32,000 nt of DNA from Opitutia bacterium KCR 482 (GTDB lineage: Bacteria; Verrucomicrobiota; Verrucomicrobiia; Opitutales; Intestinicryptomonadaceae), in assembly GCA_029269845.2 (NCBI GenBank), contig CP149973.1, positions 1,710,001 to 1,742,000 of the forward strand, in the 5' to 3' direction. Each line of letters starts with the position of its first letter. Position 1 is the stretch's first letter. A program made the position numbers and the translations under genes. The notes beneath the pieces were generated by a model. It did not search any database, was not told the DNA's origin, and was given only the letters and a program-made list of their open reading frames with translations. Positions 31,141 to 32,000 of the stretch are shown here, one piece after another.

Positions 31141-32000
31141 ATGAAAAAATTTGCATTTGTTTTCGCCGCGCCGCTGTTCGCGTGCGCGTCGCTGTTCGCC
31201 GACGCCTATGCCGACATGCAGTCGTACAAGGCGGGCGACAGCCTCTCGTGGTTCTACGAAATCCGCACGGAATCCCTGAAAAAGGGTTCAGCGAAATCGG
31301 TCGAGGCGAAAATCCTCGAAACCATTTCGGCAAAGGAAATCGACAACGCGGCGTTCGAAAGGGCGTGCGAAATCTTGAAGCCCATCGCCACGAAAAACTC
31401 CGTCCCGGTGCTCGCGAAGTTTTTGAACGACGATTTCCGCGCCCCGTGGGTGTGCTCGGTGTTCATCACGCTCGACTCTTCTTCGGTTGATTCCGCCCTC
31501 GCGGACTCTCTCGAAAAGGCCGACGAAAAATGCGCAATGACGGTTCTCTCGACGCTCGCCGCCCGCGGCTCGTCGAAGGGTCTCGACGCGCTCGAAAAAT
31601 ACGCGCAGTCGGACAACAAGAACCTCGCGCTGTTCGCGGTTTCGGCGATGGTAAAATACGAGGACGCCGTGAAGACGCTTTCGCGCATCGCAGATAAAAA
31701 CGACTTCCGCCGCGACGCCGCCCTCGACGCGCTTTCGCTCATAGCATACCGCGCGGCGAAATCGGGCGACAAGTCGCTCGCGACCGACGCGCTCGAAAGC
31801 GTCCCCGCCGACTACCCGATGTCAATCGGAGCGCGCGCTGAACTCGCAAAGAACCGCGTAAAGTATCTCGACTCAATCATAATTGCAGACGGCAAAAACG
31901 TCGCTCGCGCTGGCAGACTCATCTACAACGCGCGCAAATTCGCCGATTCCGAAGAAATAATCGCGGCGTTCCCCAAGCTTTCCAAAGAGGCAAAGCTTGC
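31141..32000 (+). CDS. secreted alpha-helical (HEAT/ARM-like repeat) protein, 3'-partial
   Basis: The frame is open from the ATG at 31141 to the window edge (not in the ORF track because no stop is present). Signal sequence MKKFAFVFAAPLFACASLFA is followed by repeated helical units (VPVLAKFLND..., LSTLAARGSSKGLDALEKYAQSDN..., ALDALSLIAYRAAKSGD...). Confidence 0.65.
   Translation, partial: MKKFAFVFAAPLFACASLFADAYADMQSYKAGDSLSWFYEIRTESLKKGSAKSVEAKILETISAKEIDNAAFERACEILKPIATKNSVPVLAKFLNDDFRAPWVCSVFITLDSSSVDSALADSLEKADEKCAMTVLSTLAARGSSKGLDALEKYAQSDNKNLALFAVSAMVKYEDAVKTLSRIADKNDFRRDAALDALSLIAYRAAKSGDKSLATDALESVPADYPMSIGARAELAKNRVKYLDSIIIADGKNVARAGRLIYNARKFADSEEIIAAFPKLSKEAKL

Overview
The window begins inside a 23S rRNA gene (3' ~2 kb), followed by 5S rRNA, which ends an rrn operon. 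The rest is a patchwork accessory region in a GC-rich genome that encodes secreted glycan-degrading enzymes. The gene content (Tat-signal Gfo/Idh/MocA oxidoreductase, HEAT-repeat protein, GH29/GH36) suggests a PVC-group or Lentisphaerota-like host, but that is only an inference.

Features in order:
(1) An IS3-family transposase remnant and a secreted GH29 alpha-L-fucosidase, flanked by a 51-bp inverted repeat.
(2) A ~3-kb tyrosine-integrase islet bounded by 81-bp direct repeats. It carries an AT-rich two-gene cargo (a PUA/EVE-like protein and a secreted OB-fold/zinc-ribbon protein). An orphan inverted copy of the 5S 3' tail plus terminator lies next to the integrase.
(3) A bPH membrane protein and a GH36 alpha-galactosidase. 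The GH36 gene is bracketed by 93-bp, 98%-identical direct repeats.
(4) A ~17-kb Mu-like transposable prophage remnant (about 10283/10369 to 27456) with matching inverted end motifs. Its leftward early arm encodes MuA-like, MuB-like and GemA-like proteins, ASCH, an amidoligase and small membrane proteins. Its rightward late arm encodes gpI-like protease/scaffold, a DUF2190-like protein, major capsid, fibre, G/G-T chaperones, tape measure and a repeat-containing tail protein. I could not find a terminase, portal, connector, lysis gene or repressor.
(5) A secreted glycoside hydrolase, a Tat-signal Gfo/Idh/MocA oxidoreductase and a partial HEAT-like protein.

The prophage looks degenerate. The transposase core seems internally deleted, the MuB-like Walker motifs deviate from consensus, several early genes are frameshifted, and one ORF is a Dam-methylase fragment chimera.

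The items I consider most worth follow-up are:
- the mini-Mu-like architecture of the prophage;
- a 154-nt AT-rich four-way-junction palindromic element upstream of the tail chaperone genes;
- the integrase-borne two-gene cargo with its twin palindromic operators;
- the repeat scars around the rrn end and the GH36 gene.

All protein-family calls were made by eye from motifs. No database searches were run.
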